A stretch of 64,000 nt of DNA from Octopus vulgaris (GCA_951406725.2 OX597817.1:173166001-173230000), one strand, 5' to 3'. Counted from the stretch's first letter, positions 12,624 to 26,525 are shown. The notes: a model not told the origin generated them from the letters alone. Translations and numbers: made by a program.

Positions 12624-13016
12624 ATGTATAAATTTAAAATGTGGGTGAGAAATGTGATATTAATTTAATTAACATTAATTTCACACCAGTAGTCTAGCAT
12701 ATAAAAATCAGAAGGTTCAATAAAATTGTATTATATATTTATATATGAGTGAGATGACCACTATGTGGACAACCCTTATGCTAGAAGTAGATCTGCTATG
12801 GTCTTACCACTAAAAAAATGTTCTCAAGAAAAATTTAGCAAACAACCAAGAAAGAAAAGAAATAAAAATCCATATTTTTATTGCTTTTCTTTTGTCTTGC
12901 TTGATTACATTCTGGTGTTTGCTAAAATTTTCTTGGGAACATTTCTTATTGGTAAGACCATAGCGGATCTACTTCTAGCATAAGGGTTGTCCACATAGTG
13001 GTCATCCCTCTCATAT
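9085..13016. repeat. Large inverted repeat: arm 9085-9736 mirrors about 12330-13016 and encloses a 22-bp tandem array
   Basis: Outer ~520 bp of the arms are essentially exact reverse complements; both outer ends abut (TA)n. Confidence 0.9.
9737..12365. repeat. Minisatellite of about 120 x 22 bp (ACCCTCTTTGATCTCTTTCGGC) with recurring 23-bp variants
   Basis: Directly visible; the 22-aa periodicity of the minus-strand ORFs equals 3 x 22 bp. Confidence 0.95.
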
Positions 13017-13403
13017 GTATATATATATATATATATTTATATAAATATATATATATATAAATTCCTCGTGTAAATTGCCCGCATAAAGCTCCTTGTGCGA
13101 TATGGTTAAAAATATCACCGCAGTGAATATAATGACAAAATAAAAATATAGATTTATATAAATAAGGATAAAATCATTATTTAAATAATGAACTTATCAA
13201 GTGGCCAGCATGGGAATAAAAACCTTCAAAGGTAATAATTATTATTAGAATTATAATTTAGGGTATCAAAGAGATGCTAGTTATTTTGTCTCTTTGCCGT
13301 CTCTCCTGGTGCTGTATGAACATTTAATGTGGTTTTACAGTCAAGTATTGGCTGCTATTTCCAGCGTGGTGGTATCTCTTAGATACCCTTAATTATAATT
13401 TTA

Positions 13404-13436
<33 letters not shown>

Positions 13437-14299
13437 TGTATGTATGTGTGTGTAAATATGACTAGGGTGTTAGAAACACCTACAACTACATTGCTAGAAA
13501 TAAGAGCTAAAATGCTCTAATGCTGTAGTCAAGCCACATATTCAATCTGTGTTTTCAGGCGATTATAGTCTCCCTGTCAGTATATATATGTATACATATA
13601 TATATATACATATATATGCTTTGACTACCGTATCAGTCAAAGCTCAGACCAACCATCCCTTATTTTTTCGTTATCTGGGAGCGATTTATCAAGGAACACA
13701 TATTATATATCATAGGTGTAGTGGGACATGAAAGAAGTTTGGCTGTTTCTTCTAGTAAGTCGAGTATGTACGTATGTATGTATGTATGTATGTATGTATG
13801 TATGTATGTATGTATGTATGTATGTATGTATGTATTGCACATATGCTTGTATGTATGTATGTCTGTATGCATGGATGTATGTATACATCTATGGATGTGT
13901 GTGTGTGTGCGCTCGCGCGCGCGTGTAAGCAATTAAGTCTTTAATTATGTTTTGAAACTTTCCTTTCTTCCCTGCTGTTTTAATATTTATAGCGAAACAG
14001 ATAACGAAACAGTAAAGCATGAATGTTCAATTACTGGTTGAATATATTTCCCGGGTTGTTGTTATTTTTTAATATTAGCTTTCTAAATAACAAGATATTT
14101 TATTTCTTGACAGTTTCCCTTAAAATAAAGCAACAAATTAACTGCTCAGGAGCAGAACTGAGAAATAAGAAGTCGATCGTTTATATAGTCCAAGGGAACT
14201 AACTCATGTATAAAAAGTTATTATTATCTCCCTTATAATCTGTCTTTTTTTTTTTGCGTGTGTGCGTGTGTGCATTTGTGCGCACGTTTTTATAGTATA

Positions 14300-14803
14300 C
14301 TAGCAGTATCGCCCGGCGTTGCTCGGGTTTGTAAGGGAAATAACTATATAAGCATTTTTAGAGAGTTACTTCCCTTATAGATGCCAATTCGGGCTTTCTT
14401 AGCCATTTCTGTTTTGGTGTCTTCAAGCCATGAAGTCGTTGTTCTAAAAGAACGCTGGTCTCCTTGACAACGCTTGATTTCCTTACACTCCCTTCCCCAC
14501 AGCTTCACGAGGGAGGGAAGAAGGGGGTGAAGCAAACAGGTGCAGGTGTGACCATGGACGCCAACTCCGCCGCCATCGACACACGAAAAATTATGCATTA
14601 AAATGGAATAAAAAATTATGTTAAATTATTTTTAAAATCGTAGACTCATCGTAGACGCGCGCTAATAGCCAGACGGGCTCGATATGAATCACGACTATAA
14701 GATACCCGAATTTGGTTAAACTGCACCGCAAAATGTGGGAGTAGTTAGGAATCTAAATCGAAGGGGACAGACACTCACACAACTACAGTTTTATATATAT
14801 AGA
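14300..14803 (-). mobile_element. Non-autonomous Helitron (504 bp)
   Basis: 5' TCTATATATATAAAA, 3' hairpin CCCGAGCAACGCCGGG plus CTAG, inserted between A and T; near-identical to 22577-23080. Confidence 0.85.
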
Positions 14804-15051
14804 TTTATCATAAGAGATATATGTATTCTTTTATTCGTTTACTTCTTTCAGTCAATTTAACTGCGGTCATGCTGGAGCACCGCCTCTAGTCGAATAAATC
14901 GACCCCAGGAATTATTCTTTGTAAGCCTAGTACTTATTCTATCGAACCCTTTGACTGAACCGCTGTGTTACAGGGGTCGTAAACACACCAGCATCGGTTG
15001 CTAAACGATGGTGGAGGAACAAACACAGACACACAAATATCTATCTATCTA

Positions 15052-15104
<53 letters not shown>

Positions 15105-15107
<3 letters not shown>

Positions 15108-15300
15108 TAATCCAAACGGGAAAACAGAAAAAACAACAACACGTGGAACAATTACAGTATTATTATTATTAGGCGCTCAGGAAAATGGAAGAAGGAGGGT
15201 ATGACGTTTCGAGCGGAGCTCTTCGTCGGAAACATAGGAGAAAGAAAGATCCCGAAACGGGAGGACAGAGGAAAAAAAATTGTAGGTAGTCTTCACGAGG
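15105..15300 (-). mobile_element. Solo PLE 3' terminus with hammerhead-like motif (15199-15233)
   Basis: Resembles the reverse complement of about 54900-55105, the end of the GIY-YIG element. Confidence 0.7.
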
Positions 15301-15707
15301 TCACATATATATATAGTGTAATAAATAAAATATATGCATACATACAAACATATATGTACGTACCGACATCTACATGTATATATACATGCATATATAAATA
15401 TATATACGCACAGGAAAACGAAAAAATCAACAGAACGAAAACGGAAAAGACATTTTGTTACAACAGAAGGACAGAGACGTGGAAATAATGATATTAATGG
15501 AAAAATTCAATTTAGTATTAAATCAAATTTCACAATATAAATAAGAGATAAAACCACTATTATGCAATTGAAACGAAGATAGACATAAATAACAAATAAA
15601 ATATCTAGTTATATGTTTTATAAAAATATATTTTATTAGTTATTTATGTTTTGGTTTATGTCTGTCATTGTTTGAATTGCATAATAGTGGTTTTATCTCT
15701 AATTTAT

Positions 15708-16325
15708 CATCATCATCATCATCATCATTTAGCGTCCGTTTTCCATGCTAGCATGGGTTGGACGGTTCAACTGGGGTCTGGGGAGCCCGAAGGCTGCACC
15801 AGGCCAGTCAGATCTGGCAGTGTTTCTACAGCTGGATGCCCTTCCTAACGCCAACCACTCCGAGAGTGTAGTGGGTGATTTTATGTGCCACCGACACAGG
15901 TGCCAGACGAGGCTGGCGAACGGCCACGCTCGGATGGTGTTTTTATGTGCCACCGACACAGGTGCCAGACGAGGCTGGCAGACGGCCACGCTCGGATGGT
16001 GTTTTTATGTGCCACCGACACAGGTGCCAGATGAGGCTGGCGGACGGCCACGATCGGATGGTGTTTGTTACGTCCCCAAAGCACGGAGGCCAGTCTATGC
16101 GGTACTGGCTACAGCCACGTTCGGATGATTTTCTTGTGTGCCACCGGCACTGGTACCACAAAGATACAAATTCCATTGATGTTCATCTATTTTGATTTGT
16201 TTTGATTTGATTTGATTTGATTTTCACTTGCCTCAACAGGTCTTCACAAGTGTCACAAGAAGGAAGGTATGCACAGGTGGACTGACTACGTCCCAGGTAG
16301 GGGCCACGGGTTATGGCCTGACTAG
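15708..16325 (-). mobile_element. RTE-type 3' UTR copy; near-identical sibling at 16645-17150
   Basis: Same family as 1-347; the two copies differ in internal repeat number and in tail ((CAT)n versus (CTT)n on the plus strand). Confidence 0.75.
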
Positions 16326-16389
16326 TCTTATATATGTGTGTGCATGTGCGTGTGTGTGTGTGTGTGTGTGTGTATAAACATACATACGA

Positions 16390-17560
16390 CAGTCTTCTTT
16401 CAGAATTGGCCTGTCTCTATTCACCAGTCTTGGTTGTTTAATTGCAAGTCCACAGATCATTTCATCCAATTGGTTGATGTTTACATCTGCTGTAATTGAC
16501 TTAGCAGGTCTCTTGAAGCTGTAGTTCGATGGCACCAATAATGGACCACCCTACAGACAGCATTAGCTTTTATAGGTGAATATTCTTCTTTGGATTGTGT
16601 TTTGGAACTTTGTCTCTATTCCACCATTGTGCAGAACATTTGCTACTTCTTCTTCTTCTTCTTCTTTCTTTTAACGTCCGCTTTCCATGCTAGCATGGGT
16701 TGGACGGTTCAACTGGGGTCTGGGGAGCCCGAAGGCTGCACCAGGCCAGTCAGATCTGGCAGTGTTTCTACAGCTGGATGCCCTTCCTAACGCCAACCAC
16801 TCCGAGAGTGTAGTGGGTGATTTTATGTGCCACCGACACAGGTGCCAGACGAGGCTGGCGAACGGCCACGCTCGGATGGTGTTTTTATGTGCCACCGACA
16901 CAGGTGCCAGACGAGGCTGACGAACGGCCATGATCGGATGGTGTTTCTTACGTGCCCACAGCACGGAGGCCAGTCGATGCGGTACTGGCTACGGCCACGT
17001 TCGGATGGTTTCCTTGTGTGCCACCGGCACTGGTACCACAAAGATACAAATTCCATTGATGTTCATCTATTTTGGTTTGATTTGATTTGATTTGATTTTC
17101 ACTTGCCTCAACAGGTCTTCACAAGTGTCACAAGAAGGAAGGAAGGTATGCGTTGAAAAGAATTCGTTTTTCAGCACACGTAACAATACGATGCAAAAAT
17201 GGTTCACTTTGAAGCCGTGACAGCAAAGAACAGCAAGTTTCAAGACGTGTCATTTGATGCTTGTTCAGTTCGTGTGGTACCCACTTGTCTAGCTTCTTTG
17301 CCAGTTTGTTTCAGATGGTCCAATAAAGTTGGAATCAAAACATCAAACCTTGCTGCTAGTTCATGTGTAGTCTGAGATGTATCCGTTCCAACTACAGCTT
17401 CCAGCTCATTATTATCCACCTTGGTCTCAGGTCTATCATGGTGCTGATTTTCAAGAGTAAGGTCACCAGACTGGAACTTCCGAAACCATCGATGTACAGA
17501 GTGCAAATTTCCCACATCTTCACCAAACACCTCATTGAAGTTTTGAGCCTGTCTGGGATG
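16390..17560 (-). pseudogene. Degraded mariner transposase interrupted by an RTE-tail insertion (16645-17150); probable 5' end/TIR near 18120-18263
   Basis: RWFRKFQSGD, KLDKWVPHELN, FLHRIVTCAEKRILF, KLMLSVGWS, QLDEM..LAIKQPRLVNR; frameshifts and stops present. Confidence 0.85.
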
Positions 17561-17843
17561 CACTGGTTCCACAATGGAACCAATGTCCAATTTTCTGATG
17601 CACCAACTTTGACAGTCATTTGACTATCTATCCATGGGTTCACAAAAACTGATTTACAAGAGAAAACTCACAATTAGGAGTGGCTATGTGGCAGGTAGCT
17701 TGCTTACCAACCACATGGTTCCATGTTCAGTCCCACTGCATGGCACCTTGGGCAAGTGTCTTCTACTATAACCTCGGGCTGACCAAAGTCTTGTGAGTGG
17801 ATTTGGTAGACGGAAACTGAAAGAAGCCTGTCGTATATATGTG

Positions 17844-17914
<71 letters not shown>

Positions 17915-18271
17915 TTGTGTGTCTGTGTTTGTCCTCCCAACATCGCTTGACAACCGATGCTAGTGTGTTTATGTCCCCATAACTTAGCGGTTCTGTAAAA
18001 GAGACTGATAGAATAAGTACTAGGCTTGCAAAGAATAAATCCTGTGCTCGAATAAATGTGGTGCTCGCTCCAGCATGGCCACAGTCAAATGACTGAAACA
18101 AGTAAAAGAGTAAAGACAGCATGAATTGCATTTTGAAAAAAGATGATGTAACTCTTCAATGTTGTAAAACACAGAATTGTCAGGATAAAACATTAGAGTT
18201 AACGACTGTCAAACTTGGTGCACAAGAAAATTGGACATTTCATCCTTAATGAGCTGATAATATATATATAC

Positions 18272-18324
<53 letters not shown>

Positions 18325-18640
18325 GAAAGAGAGAGAAAGAGAGAAAGGGGGAGAGAGAGAGAGAAAGAGAGAAAGGGGGTGAGCGAGAAAGAGAGAAAGG
18401 GAGAGAGTGAGAGAGGTGAGTTAAATTAGAGGTTATAAAGTCCGTCTAAGGTATACTTATCTCAAATGAATTAACTGGTGTATTACCTCTATGTGATTAT
18501 GAGTATTAGTATTAATGCTCATAAGTGATAGGTAAGGAAAAGAGTAAACTGAAGTTTATCCACATTTAAGGAAAATAAGAAAATGGAGATAAAACTGATA
18601 ATTGATAAACAATTATTTATTATTGATTATAAAAAAAAAA

Positions 18641-18707
18641 GCATTATCTTAACTGACAGCTGTTTCTGTTCGTACTATTTAGGGCATAATCAGGCTTCAT
18701 TATTACA

Positions 18708-18739
<32 letters not shown>

Positions 18740-19098
18740 CATAATAATAATAATTGTAAATAATTAATTATACCGACTTAAATAGCGAAATGGTGGAACT
18801 TCATCAACAGTGGAAAAGTAAAGAAAAAGAAAAGAAAAGAAAGAGAAAAAGAAAAAGTAATTATATACCAATTGATGTTACATGCTGTTTTCAGAGGGAT
18901 AGCATGTAACATCAATTGGTATATTCTTACTTTCTCTTTTTCTCTTTCTTTTTCTTTATTTTTCCGCTCTGATGAAGTTCCACTGTTTAAGTTGGTATAA
19001 TTAATTATTTACAATGATAATTATTATTATTGTTGTAATAATTAAGTCTGATTATGCCCTAAATAGCACCAACAGAAACAGCTGTCAGATGAGATAAT
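18641..19098. repeat. Imperfect hairpin element with a hammerhead-like motif (18967-19088, plus strand)
   Basis: Arms are reverse complements about ~18893; CTGATGA ...~100 nt... GAAA CAGCTG TC. Confidence 0.65.
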
Positions 19099-19424
19099 AT
19101 CCTCTTATATGTATGTAATATCATTTTTCTGAATCTTCAGATTTTTCTAAATGCCAGACCACTGGTTTTAAATTGATATTAATTAAATTAATATTCAATA
19201 TTTCACCCTTATTATTTTAAGTTTAAATTTTAAATAACCATGTTCTCTAACTGGCAAAATTCACTGCAAAGAATTATTTTCTGCAGAATTATTTCCGGTA
19301 TTTGGCGTGCCAAAACGAAGACTTTTGAAATATAACCCCAAATGTAATTGGTAGAACTATATACATATTCAATCTCATGTGGACGTCTTGTGTATAGTTC
19401 TGCAAATTATATTTTGCTAAGACG

Positions 19425-19496
19425 ATCACACTGATGAGTTGCGGACATCTACGTAAGTGATTACATAAGTGGTAATAATGAAACTGGATTTGTGAT
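19425..19496 (+). ncRNA. Type I hammerhead ribozyme motif (PLE-type, partly degenerate)
   Basis: ATCACA-CTGATGA-stem II-GAAACTGGATT-TGTGAT; 6-bp stem I. Confidence 0.6.
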
Positions 19497-19896
19497 TAAT
19501 CTGTATATTTTGTATCTTTTCATTTGTCTTGCTCGCTTACGTTCTGGCGTTTGCTAAATTTTCTTGAAAACATTTCTTTCTTAGTGGTAAGACCATAGGG
19601 GGTCGACTTCTAGCATAATGGATGTCAACTTATTGGCCATCCCTCTTATATGTACATATATATATATATATATTTATATAATAATAGATATTAAGGAATA
19701 AATCCAAACTTACAGGGAAAAATCAGATTTAGGATTGAATCCAATTTTATAGTAAAATATTATATTATATTAAATTAGAGACAAAACCACTATTAGGCAA
19801 ATCATACAATGAAAAACTTAAGCCAATACATAAGATTATTTAATCTATATTATTTAAATATATAACAAAATTATTAAAAAAATATAATTAATATAT

Positions 19897-19960
19897 CACT
19901 ACGATCGTTTCATGGCTGTTAATTTCTTTAAATTTTCGAGTTACAGTCATTCATCAGGTG
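19897..19960 (-). ncRNA. Type I hammerhead ribozyme motif (mirror of 20026-20089)
   Basis: CAC-CTGATGA-ATGACTGT..ACAGCCAT-GAAA-CGATCG-TA-GTG. Confidence 0.7.
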
Positions 19961-20025
19961 GTTTAAAAATTTATCTTGGCGAGGTTTAAACATTGTTTAA
20001 ACCTCGCCAAGATAAATTTTTAAAC

Positions 20026-20089
20026 CACCTGATGAATGACTGTAACTCGAAAATTTAAAGAAATTAACAGCCATGAAACGATCGTAGTG
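20026..20089 (+). ncRNA. Type I hammerhead ribozyme motif
   Basis: Intact core CTGATGA/GAAA, palindromic stem III ACGATCGT, GUA cleavage triplet. Confidence 0.7.
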
Positions 20090-20225
20090 ATATATTAATT
20101 ATATTTTTTTAATAATTTTGTTATATATTTAAATAATATAGATTAAATAATCTTATGTATTGGCTTAAGTTTTTCATTGTATGATTTGCCTAATAGTGGT
20201 TTTATCTCTAATTTAATATAATATA

Positions 20226-20302
<77 letters not shown>

Positions 20303-21366
20303 TCACTGATGACCTGACCATGCACCAAGTTGTACTGGATTACATATTACCATTAGCACTCACAAGTGGCCTGACACACATACATTCATACATATATACA
20401 TATATAGGTACATACATACATGCATGCATATATACATAACATACAGACACATATACACACATACAAACAAACAAACCTACATACATACACTCATTCATCC
20501 ATCCAGCCAACCATCCATCCTTCCATCCATCCATCCAGCCAGCCAGCCATACATACATACATGCATACATACATTGCAGCCGTGGCTGATACCAGTGCTG
20601 TCTGACTGGCACCTGTGCCACTGGAACGTAAAAAGCATCATTCAAGCATTGGGCTTCATGGAAGCAGAGACAGGTGACCGAGACCCTTGGCGATATATCG
20701 TGCTTGTATTGACCTGTCAAGCCAAGTGAGACTGTAGTCGTGGCCACTGCCGGTTTTAGGTCAATGGTACCCATGCCAGTGGCACGTAAAAAGCAACCAC
20801 TACACTCTTGGAGTTGTTGGTGCTAGGAAGGTCATCCAGCCATAGAAACCTTGTCAAATTAGACTGGAACCTGGTGCAGTGCCCCAGCTTACCAGTTTTC
20901 AGTCAAACTGTCCAACCCATGCCAGCATAGAAAGCAGATGTTAAATGATGATGATGATGGTGATACACACACATACACACACTCATACATACATACATAC
21001 ATACATACATACATACATACATACAAACATACATACATACATACATACATACATACATACATACATACATACATACATACATACATACATACATACACAC
21101 ACACTGCCTAAATACCAATCCTGAGAAATTAGGTTTCTTAAAACCAGAAAGGAGGAAGCTAATTCAATGGCTACAGATCCAATCAATCACTGGAACTGTA
21201 AAAATCTGTAAAACTTTCCAGAAGTTTATCATTTAAGCATGTCTAGATATGTACTTATATGCATGAGAAACCATACATAAAGCATACAAATCTGCACATA
21301 CATACATATATGCATACATACATACATACATACATACGTACGTACGTACATACATACGTACGTACG

Positions 21367-21400
<34 letters not shown>

Positions 21401-22576
21401 CATACATACATACGTACATACATACATACATACGTACATACATACATACATACATACATACATACATACATACATACATACATACATACATACATACATA
21501 CATACATACATACTTACATACAAAAAATACCCTGTTGTTGATGTTGAAATTCCAATGAAGGAGCCTTGGATCTGGGTTAGAAACCGGTTCTTTCTCTATT
21601 GGCAAAAAATCTTGAAATAAACTGAATAAAGACACACATATAAATACTAATGAATTTTCTTCTGGTTATAATTCTTACCTCAAATGTTTCGAATGGTTAA
21701 AATCTATTCGCAACTCATCAGCTCAAATATGACAGCTTTCTCTTAACTACGTGTTCGTCACACTAAACACCCTCTTGGGAAATATTTAAATGGCATTTAT
21801 TTTAATTTATCAATGAAGTGAACAGTTATCTATAAAAATACCATATCTGTTAGTCCTCCGTTGGAAAGGCTTGCTTTGACAGGACTGGGCTTCCCTCAGA
21901 GGGTTTTAATTAGACCCAATGGTTTGGAGTTCAGTCCCACCTTGGACAAGCATTTCTACTATAGCCCTTGGCTAAACTAAGCCTTGCATGGAGGCAGGTG
22001 GCTTAGTGGTTAGGGGTGTTGGACTCATGATTGTAGGATTGTGGTTTTGACTTCTGGACCAGCAGACTCATTGTGTTCTTGAGAAGAACACTTTATTTCA
22101 TGTTGCTCCAGTCCACTCAGCTGGCAAAAATGAGTAATCCTGCGAGGGACTGGTGTCCCGTCCAGGTGGGGAATATACATATGCCTTGAAACTGGGAAAC
22201 CGGTCCTTATGAGTCGGTATGATTCGAGAAGGTAACTTTAACTTAAACCAAAGCCTTGCATGTAGATTTGGTAGACAGAAACTGAAAGAAGCCTGTTGTA
22301 TATGATTATATACAGCACTGGATTAACCATTGAGCAAAATAAGCAGAAGCTAAGAGCATCAAGAGAAGTGGGGCACCACAGAGATGGTATATGGTTTGCA
22401 ACACAAAAGGAAAAAGAAAAAAATCACCTTAAACTCGCTAAAATAATACTCCAAGTGATTTATACAATAGAAAATATAATCTCAAAGTGTTCATGGTGTT
22501 GTAGTTAGGATCTGATTAAAGACTTTGCAATCAAAAACAAGGAGAAAACTTTTCAAATATAAATAAAGTGGAAATA

Positions 22577-23080
22577 TCTATATATATAAAACTGTAGTTG
22601 TGTGAGTGTCTGTCCCCTTCGATTTAGACTCCTAACTACTCCCACATTTTGCGGTGCAGTTTAACCAAATTCGGGTATCTTATAGTCGTGATTCATATCG
22701 AGCCCTTCTGGCTATTAGCGCGCGTCTACGATGAGTCTACGATTTTAAAAATAATTTAACATCATTTTTTATTCCATTTTAATGCATAATTTTTCGTGTG
22801 TCGATGGCAGCGGAGTTGGCGTCCATGGTCACACCTGCACCTGTTTGCTTCTCCCCCTTCTTCCCTCCCTCGTGAAGCTGTGGGGAAGGGAGTGTAAGGA
22901 AATCAAGCGTTGTCAAGGAGACCAGCGTTCTTTTAGAACAACGACTTCATGGCTTGAAGACACCAAAACAGAAATGGCTAAGAAAGCCCGAATTGGCATC
23001 TTTAAGGGAAGTAACTCTCTAAAAATGCTTATATAGTTATTTCCCTTACAAACCCGAGCAACGCCGGGCGATACTGCTAG
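22577..23080 (+). mobile_element. Non-autonomous Helitron (504 bp)
   Basis: A|TC...hairpin...CTAG|T termini; sibling at 14300-14803. Confidence 0.85.
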
Positions 23081-24814
23081 TATAAAATAAATAAAATAAA
23101 ATAAAGTGGAAATATATAAAAACAAACATTATTTATCCTCAAACTGTTAGTTTTATTTCATTTTGAATAATAAAAATTTATTTCATGGTTTATTATTGTT
23201 TATATTTTGAATTACATATCTATGGGGTCGCCAAAAATTTTTCAAGTGCTTAGGGCCTCTGTGGACCTGCCTTTGGCCAACCAAGGCCTTGTGAGTGGAT
23301 TTAATACCTAGGTAGATAGAAATTGAAAGAAGTCTGTTGTGCATATGTACATGGATATATATATACATTATAGTGTGTGTGTGTGTGTGAGTGTGTGTGT
23401 GTGTACACGTGTACATGTCCCTTTGTCTTGACATTGTGCAATAGTTGTAAAACAAGCTTCAATGTCCTATAAGTTGTCTCATTTGTCTCAAGTGTTCTAT
23501 GGGAGCGTGTCCAGCCATGGACGAGTATTACTTTGCTTGGAAACGGGGGAACTTGGCAACAAGAAGAACATTCAGACATAGAAACCTGGTCTCAAAAATT
23601 CCATCTGAGCCTTACAAGCATGGTAAAATGGATATTCACACGATAATGGTGGTGGTGGTGGTGGTGGTGGTGGTGGAGGTGGTGGTGGAGGTGGTGATGA
23701 TGATGATGCTACATATTCATATATGTACACATGTAAATATGTGTGTGTTTGCGTGTGTGTGTGTGTATCCATGTGTATGCATGTATATGTATGTATGTTT
23801 GTATGTGTGTATGTATGTATGTATGAGTATATGTATGTGTATATGTAATGTATATAGCATAGGGATAGTTGCGTGATATCCCAACCACATGGTTCCAGGT
23901 TCAGTCTCACTGTGTGGCACATTGAGCAAGTGTCTTCCACTATAGCCTTGGGCCGACCTAAGCCTTATGAGTGGATTTGGGAGATGGAAACTGAAAGAAG
24001 CCCACCACGCTTGCGTGTGTGTATCTTTATGTCTTTGTGTCCCTATTTGTCCCACACAACTGCTTGTCAACAAGTGTTGGTGTGTTTACATCCCCTTAAC
24101 TTAGCAGTTCAGCCACAAGGACTGATAGAATAAGAACTAGGCTTAAAAAAAGGACCCGGGTAGATTCCTTTAGCTAAAATTCTTCAAGGCAGTGCCCGAG
24201 CATGGCCACAGTGAAATGGCTAAAACAAATAAGAGATAAAAGTTGTGTATATGCATACATGCATGTATGTATGTATGTATGTATGTATGTATGTATGTAT
24301 GTATGTATGTATGTATGTATGTATGTATGTATGTATACCTCTATACATGCATGTATGTATGCGTTGGATTAGAATAGCAAAACAAATCCGTACATCAAGT
24401 TTGAAAAATACCTAGTGGTATTATGATCCACTTTAGCTGCATCCCTTTCTACTCCTTTATCCCAAGATCAATAAAGTGCACACCAGACAAAAGTACTGGG
24501 ATCGATATATATATGACTAAAACCCTTAAAGGCAATGAGTAAAGGCAGAAGCAAACGAATACAAAGAATTAATTGCTGTGGAGTATTAGAAAACATGGAG
24601 TAGAGAGACACAATGTCTTTTGTTTTACGAGCTGGTCTATTGAGCATGGAAGTTCACACTTTGCTAGAACTGTTGTGTTGTGTCCCTGAACAAAGCCTGA
24701 CTAATGACAAACAGGTCCCACACCTACTTCAGCTGAATCTTGATGTAGAAACTATTGTGCTAACAAACGAATAAGCTGGCCCACTTATGCAAATTGAAAA
24801 AATCGTGTGTAGGT

Positions 24815-24873
<59 letters not shown>

Positions 24874-25164
24874 TGCATGTGTGTGTGTGTGTGTATTGGC
24901 AGCATGGAAAATGGACATTAAAGGATGATGATGATGATGGTGATGATGATGATGTCACCCACACACATGCACACACACATACACCCACACACACATACGC
25001 ACCTACTCATATACACACACATGCACACACAACCACACACATACACACACATACATACATACATACATACAGGTAGATAGATAGACAGACAGACAGCTAG
25101 ATAGATAGACAGATAGATAGATAGATACATGGATGGATGGATGGATGGATGGATAGACAGACAG

Positions 25165-25241
<77 letters not shown>

Positions 25242-25246
25242 CAAAC

Positions 25247-25295
<49 letters not shown>

Positions 25296-25859
25296 TACAA
25301 ACACATATATGCATATACATAAATATATACATATACACATATATAAATACATACAAATTGTGTGTGTGTGTGTAATTATGTATATAATATACATGTATGC
25401 ATGTATATGTATATATATGTGTATATATGAATGTGTATGTATCTATATGAGTGTATGTGTGTGTATATGTGTGAATATATGTCTGTGTGTGTGTGTCACA
25501 TTTATTCTCATTATCATAAATATTCAAACATCTGGGGGTTTTTTCAATGGATCATACATGCTTCATTTCTCACTAATCTCTTCCAATCTTCGGCATTCAA
25601 TATTAATATCTCATGGCATATGCTTCATAGAGTTCCCCACATTTTTAAACATTTACTTTTCTTTTGGCACAGAGAGAAGCAACAACGTCTGTTATTGACA
25701 ACAGAGCAGAGAATTCCCAAAACTGCTGCGATCGCCTTACCCCTCAGTACTCCAGCCACCTTACATTCAACTACCAGGCTGTAGATCATTTGGTACCAAG
25801 TCATGCAAAAGGAATAAATCTTTAAATTTTTTTTTCTATCTTATTGGTTAGTGCAATCT

Positions 25860-26385
25860 GCAGGGTGTTGTGCAACCAAAAGAATACCCTCCATCAGGCA
25901 TTTGCCATATTCTGAATGCCTTACTTCCCTGGGCATGGACACATTGAAACTCCGATGTCTGGCAGCTGACTTGGCAGACACCCATAAAATTATTAACCAT
26001 CTTACAAACAATAACTCTGAGCACCTTTTCAAACTCCACCCGTCTAACACCCGTGGACATATTTACAAAGTCAGAAAACAACACAATTCCCATGACTTTC
26101 GGAAACATTTTTTCATGCTGAGAGTTGCTGAAGCATGGAACAAACTGCCAGCATCAGTTGTTAGTTGTCGGAGCACTGCATCCTTCAAAACTTCCATGCT
26201 TCCTGAGATTCGCCAACACTACACTTGATTTTCTCCCCTCCATACACACACAGGCATGTATCTGACTCATACACTGTTCGCTTTCCAGTCATTTGTACAT
26301 TACTGCATATGCTTTATACGCACTTTCTGACAAGTTGTGGTGCACCTGAGCACTGTATACAATAATTTCATTATTTATTATTATA
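25860..26385 (+). mobile_element. 3' end of a CR1/L2-group LINE with an (ATT)n tail
   Basis: ATKRIPSIRHLPYSECL..TRGHIYK..RKHFFMLRVAEAWNKLP..SFK, typical CR1-group C-terminus. Confidence 0.8.
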
Positions 26386-26525
26386 TATAAATCTGCTTCC
26401 CAACCACATGGTTCTGGGTTCAATCTTACTGTATGACACCTTGGACAGGTGTCCTCTATTATAGTTGCGAACTGACAAAAGCCTAGTGAGTGGATTCAGT
26501 CGACAGAAACTGAAAGAAGGTCATC

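Larger units (their letters stand above)
19761..20225. repeat. 465-bp near-perfect palindrome (centre 19993) with a hammerhead motif in each arm
   Basis: Arms are reverse complements with a 1-nt spacer. Confidence 0.9.

Noticed and set aside
14344-14598. 84-aa ORF duplicated at 22782-23036
   Set aside because: Internal to the non-autonomous Helitron; no recognisable protein.
21675-21725. Hammerhead-like CTGATGA...GAAACAT on the minus strand; similar partial motifs at 48630 and 50042
   Set aside because: Stem I and the NUH triplet could not be formed convincingly.
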